Sequence record: PQ657772.1
Strand: one strand, 5' to 3'
Length of the DNA: 64,000 nt
This document shows positions 60,076 to 64,000 of the stretch, one piece after another. The notes under the pieces are model-generated. The model worked only from the letters and a program-made list of their open reading frames with translations, had not been told where the DNA came from and did not search any database. The number at the start of each line of letters is the position of its first letter. Positions within the stretch are counted from its first letter, which is position 1. The position numbers were made by a program, and so were the translations under genes.

Positions 60076-60098
60076 AAATCCCGCCGAAGCGGGATCTT
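60076..60098 (-). terminator. Terminator-like hairpin after nrdA
   Basis: GATCCCGC-TTCG-GCGGGATTT on minus strand; short U-tract. Confidence 0.6.
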
Positions 60099-60101
60099 TA
60101 A

Positions 60102-62420
60102 TTAGATCTTACAACTATCACAATCACCTTCATCTAAGTCAGGTAGTGTAGGCAACACAAACTGTCCTGATTCTGGTTTTGCAGCTTCTTTTAGTACTTT
60201 CTCAACATCAACTTCATCAGAACCATCATTAGTATTATGATAGTACAGATTTTTCAAACCAACTTTGTATGCATACATTAATTCAGTTAGTAGTGTTGAC
60301 ATTGGCAACTTACCATCAGGGAAGTGTGCTGGATTGTAACTGGTATTCACACTGATACTTTGGTCAATGTATTTCTGAAGAACACCACAGATTTGTAGAT
60401 AACCGATGTTATCTTTCTGGTCCCACAATAAATCATATTTGTTTTTCAACTTATTGATTTCAGGAACTACTTGTTTCAGAATACCATCTTTAGATAGTTT
60501 CTTGGTTACAAGTGAACGAGGTTTCTCAATACCATTAGTACTGTTACTGATTTGTGCACTAGTTTCTGCTGGCATCAGTGCCATAGTTGTTGCGTTACGA
60601 ATACCATATTGTTTGATATCCTGACGCAATGTTTCCCAATCTTGTTTTAGTTCAGGAGATACCAACGCATCAATATCTTCTTTATAGGTATCAATTGGTA
60701 GAATACCTTTAGCATATTTTAGTGTGTCAAAACCTTCACACTTACCTTTCTCTTTAGCAAGCTGTACAGAAGATTTAATTAGATAATAAGACCATGCTTC
60801 AGCCCACTCGTTAACTGTTTCCAATGCAGCTTCATTGTAACGCAAACCACGTTTAGCAAGGAAGTATGCAAAGTTAATTATACCAACACCTAATGGGCGA
60901 TACATTTTAGTTGCACGGTCAGCATGAACTACTGGGTAGTCTTGATAATCCAATAGAGAATCAAGAGCACGTACAGAAAGATCACAAGCAGTTTCCATAT
61001 CTTCTGGGCGGTCAAAGTTACCCCAGTTGATTGCACTCAAAGTACATAGACTAATCAAACCTTCGCCAGTATTAATATCATCAAATGGCACAGATGGTAG
61101 TGCGATTTCTTGACACAAGTTGGATTGTTCAATTGGTGCAATTGATTCAATAAAGGTTGAGTGTGTGTTTGCATGGTCAATGTTTTGAATATAGATACGA
61201 CCAGTTTCGGCACGCTCAGTCATTAGAGTACTGAATACTTCAACAGCAGATACAGATTTTTTACGAATGCTTGGATCAGCTTCATACTTCTTGTAAAGCT
61301 TTTCAAATTCTTTTTGGTTAGAACAGAATGCTTCATATAGCCCAGGAACTTCATTAGGACTAAAGAATGTAATATTCTTGCCATCCACTAAACGTTGATA
61401 TAGTGTTTTGTTCACTTGGAAACAATAGTCAAGTTGTCGAACACGGTTGAACTCAGTACCTTTGTTATTTTTCAGTACTACAAGATTGTCAAATTCCAAA
61501 TGCCACAATGGGAAGTGGACTGTTGCTGCACCACCACGTACACCACCTTGAGAGCAGCTTTTAACGGTCTTAGCAGTTGATGCAATGAAAGGAATCAAAC
61601 CAGTGTGTACTGCATCACCTGAACGAATCTCGGAGTCCAGAGCACGAATGCGGCCCATATTGATACCAAGTCCAGCTTTACGGGAAATATAACGTAGTAT
61701 AGCGTGGTTAGAAGAACCAATACTATCTAGACTATCTCCAACGTTTAGTACTACACAAGAACTAAACTGACGTGTATTGGTACGTAGACCAGCCATGATA
61801 GGAGTCGGGAGACTGATATCAAAGTTACTAACAGCATCATAAAACTTCTTAACATAAGACATACGTACAGAGCGATCATACTCCATAAAGATGATTGCTG
61901 CAATGGTCATATATGCCATTTGTGGAGTTTCGTAGATTTTCTTAGTTACGCGATTCTTATATAGATACTTTCCTTCCCACTGACGCATAGCAACATAAGT
62001 GAATTTATCATCACGTTTATGTTTGATGTAACGTCCAAGCTCTTCAATTTCTTGAAGTGTGTATTTCTCAAGAATTTCTGGATCATAGATTTTTGTATCT
62101 ACCATTTCTTGTAGATGTGCAGTGTACTTGATAGGGTCATAGTCACCATACACTTGCTTACGGATACTATAATTTAGTAAGCGACCAGCAACGTATTGGT
62201 AGTTTGGTGTATCTTCAGAAATAAGTTCTGCTGCTGATTTAATCAGAATATCATGAATAGTATTTGTTTCAATACCTTCAAAGAATTGAAGTTGTGCACG
62301 AATTTCAATTTCGGAAACAGATACACCACTCAGCCCTTCGGCAGCAAAAAATAAAATTTGATGGATCTTATCCAAAGATAACGGTTCTTTTTTTCCATTA
62401 CGCTTGGTTACGTTAATCAT
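60102..62420 (-). CDS. nrdA: Ribonucleotide reductase class Ia alpha subunit with ATP cone
   Basis: VTKRNG ATP cone, FSSCV, SNLCQEI, C-terminal CDSC. Confidence 0.97.
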   Translation of the reverse strand: MINVTKRNGKKEPLSLDKIHQILFFAAEGLSGVSVSEIEIRAQLQFFEGIETNTIHDILIKSAAELISEDTPNYQYVAGRLLNYSIRKQVYGDYDPIKYTAHLQEMVDTKIYDPEILEKYTLQEIEELGRYIKHKRDDKFTYVAMRQWEGKYLYKNRVTKKIYETPQMAYMTIAAIIFMEYDRSVRMSYVKKFYDAVSNFDISLPTPIMAGLRTNTRQFSSCVVLNVGDSLDSIGSSNHAILRYISRKAGLGINMGRIRALDSEIRSGDAVHTGLIPFIASTAKTVKSCSQGGVRGGAATVHFPLWHLEFDNLVVLKNNKGTEFNRVRQLDYCFQVNKTLYQRLVDGKNITFFSPNEVPGLYEAFCSNQKEFEKLYKKYEADPSIRKKSVSAVEVFSTLMTERAETGRIYIQNIDHANTHSTFIESIAPIEQSNLCQEIALPSVPFDDINTGEGLISLCTLSAINWGNFDRPEDMETACDLSVRALDSLLDYQDYPVVHADRATKMYRPLGVGIINFAYFLAKRGLRYNEAALETVNEWAEAWSYYLIKSSVQLAKEKGKCEGFDTLKYAKGILPIDTYKEDIDALVSPELKQDWETLRQDIKQYGIRNATTMALMPAETSAQISNSTNGIEKPRSLVTKKLSKDGILKQVVPEINKLKNKYDLLWDQKDNIGYLQICGVLQKYIDQSISVNTSYNPAHFPDGKLPMSTLLTELMYAYKVGLKNLYYHNTNDGSDEVDVEKVLKEAAKPESGQFVLPTLPDLDEGDCDSCKI

Positions 62421-62486
62421 GTGTCATCCTTGTTATATTGTTTATACAGTTCTTAAATTTTGTGGAAGAAAAAGGCGGGACGCCTT

Positions 62487-63068
62487 TTAAGGTTTGTCCC
62501 ACCCACGATATACAAATTCTATGTGGTATCCTGAATTTAAATAATCCGCATTAACTATGTCAAATTGCATATTTCCAGTACTTGAATCATAAACTGGATT
62601 ACTAAACAGAATAGATAAAATTGCATCAGTACGGCTTGTGTTATTTGACTGTGCAATCATAGTTGAAGAACCAGCAGCAACAATTTGCACTGTGCCTGAT
62701 TCTAAAATAGTCTCATTGCTATTATACGCGATGTAGTCGATGAATACACGACTTTCACTTTCAATAATAACTTCAACACTCTCTTGGTTTTGTGGAATGT
62801 CTACTTCAAATGGACGGTTGATGATTTTGGATACCGTTCTCCACGGTGAGAATTCGGTAATTATTTCCACGTTCTCTTTACCAGAGTTTGGATCAGTTTC
62901 CCATGTACGCCCAGCAACTAAGCTTGCTGGGTCTGATGAGGAAGGTAGGCCGATGAATACACGACCCACATCAGTACTGAATCCTATCTGGCCTTTTTCC
63001 AACGCGTCTGGTAAGTCACGTTGCTTACCAGTTCTTACTTGCTGTAACGCAATTTGTTGTTGTGCCAT
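62487..63068 (-). CDS. Probable virion/tail-associated protein
   Basis: QQVRTGKQRDLPDALEKGQIGFSTDVGRVFIG, typical N-terminal tail-fibre attachment motif; TAAATA upstream. Confidence 0.6.
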   Translation of the reverse strand: MAQQQIALQQVRTGKQRDLPDALEKGQIGFSTDVGRVFIGLPSSSDPASLVAGRTWETDPNSGKENVEIITEFSPWRTVSKIINRPFEVDIPQNQESVEVIIESESRVFIDYIAYNSNETILESGTVQIVAAGSSTMIAQSNNTSRTDAILSILFSNPVYDSSTGNMQFDIVNADYLNSGYHIEFVYRGWDKP

Positions 63069-63096
63069 AAAAACTATCTCCTATAGTATTATAGGA

Positions 63097-63654
63097 TTAT
63101 TTAGCGTTTTCTTTAACTTCAGCAATACGCTCATTGATTAGTTGAGATACAACAGAGCTATCAACGGAAGAAAGAATTGATTCAGGAACTAGGGATTTCA
63201 AGTGTTTTACATAGTTTGCAACACTTTTTAGTTCTTTGGTTTTTAGTGCTTCTTTGATAATATCCAAATCTTCTTTTGAAGCTTCAACACGTTCAATAAC
63301 AACAACGTCTTCTTCTTCAACAACAGGTGCTAGTTCTTCAGCGATTACTTGTACTTCTTCAGATACTTTAATTTGTTCTTCAGTATCTACTACATATGAT
63401 TCGATTACTTCTGGTGCAACATTACGAGATACTTCGTCAACACTAATATCTTCAGCAATTTTCTCTTTGATTACTTCTACTGGTTTTGCACCGCGAGATT
63501 TATAATCTTTAATATTAACTAGAAGTTTATTTGAAAGTTGTAGTTTGTCAATTTCTTCATCACTTAGTTTGATTACTTCATCTAAGGAGTAGCCTTTACT
63601 TTCTAGTGCACGAATTGTATATAGGTCTTGTTTCATTTGTTTATGCTGTTCCAT
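63097..63654 (-). CDS. Acidic hypothetical protein (start MEQHK)
   Basis: E/V-rich centre; RBS GAG upstream of 63654. Confidence 0.75.
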   Translation of the reverse strand: MEQHKQMKQDLYTIRALESKGYSLDEVIKLSDEEIDKLQLSNKLLVNIKDYKSRGAKPVEVIKEKIAEDISVDEVSRNVAPEVIESYVVDTEEQIKVSEEVQVIAEELAPVVEEEDVVVIERVEASKEDLDIIKEALKTKELKSVANYVKHLKSLVPESILSSVDSSVVSQLINERIAEVKENAK

Positions 63655-64000
63655 TTGATTCAATTTCTCCACGTAAAATATAGTATTGTTCAACTCTACC
63701 AATCCACATATCAACCGCATCCTTGAAGTCTTGTCCTTCAATAACGAATTCTTGATATTGTAAATTGTTAGGATCTTTTCTTACACAGATGAAAATTACA
63801 CCACGCTCAATATTTGTTCCAAACATTTGATTATGCGATAGTGCATATGCAGCGATTTGCATACGGTAATTTTCGATATGTTCCCATGTCTTTAATTTAC
63901 GGGAATTCTTATAGTCCATGATAGAAGGAATACCATCATGAACTCCAACTAAGTCAGTTGTTCCAGCCCATAATCCTTCATAGAATAATGGAACTTCCTG
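63641..64000 (-). CDS. PD-(D/E)xK (Cas4/RecB-like) exonuclease, C-terminal part
   Basis: Open to window end: EVPLFYEGLWAGTTDLVG...IMDYK...QIAAYA. Confidence 0.85.
   Translation of the reverse strand, partial: QEVPLFYEGLWAGTTDLVGVHDGIPSIMDYKNSRKLKTWEHIENYRMQIAAYALSHNQMFGTNIERGVIFICVRKDPNNLQYQEFVIEGQDFKDAVDMWIGRVEQYYILRGEIESNGTA

Overview
A 64 kb, AT-rich segment (about 33-35% GC by eye) of a large lytic dsDNA phage. Gene content (T4-like topoisomerase II pair, RFC-type clamp loader, GroES, class Ia NrdAB, Dda-like helicase, IF3, ClpS-like, TelA pair, NADAR, DnaE fragment) fits the Rak2/121Q/GAP32-like jumbo myophages; that placement is inference, not a database result. Nearly all genes are on the minus strand. 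1-30 kb is an accessory region of small ORFs under sigma70-type promoters and holds a tRNA/ncRNA cluster (7.7-12.6 kb); 30-64 kb holds replication, nucleotide-metabolism, translation-related and probable virion genes, several preceded by TAAATA (late-promoter-like). Main unexplained signals: (1) window-wide ~6-fold excess of the palindrome AGTACT (often CAGTACTG), also placed in promoter spacers; (2) a ~340-nt highly structured ncRNA with its own promoter, plus two further structured RNA candidates; (3) atypical tRNAs (Ser with ACT anticodon, D-armless Arg-like, remodelled Gly-like, three genes ending CAA instead of CCA); (4) a ~19-member paralog family with a conserved C-terminal EExxFQxS[T/L] box; (5) five tiny THEEW-type paralogs, four of them missed by the ORF track; (6) two adjacent holin-like paralogs each broken by a +1 frameshift whose window contains an in-frame CGG-A. 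All structures and counts were done by hand.
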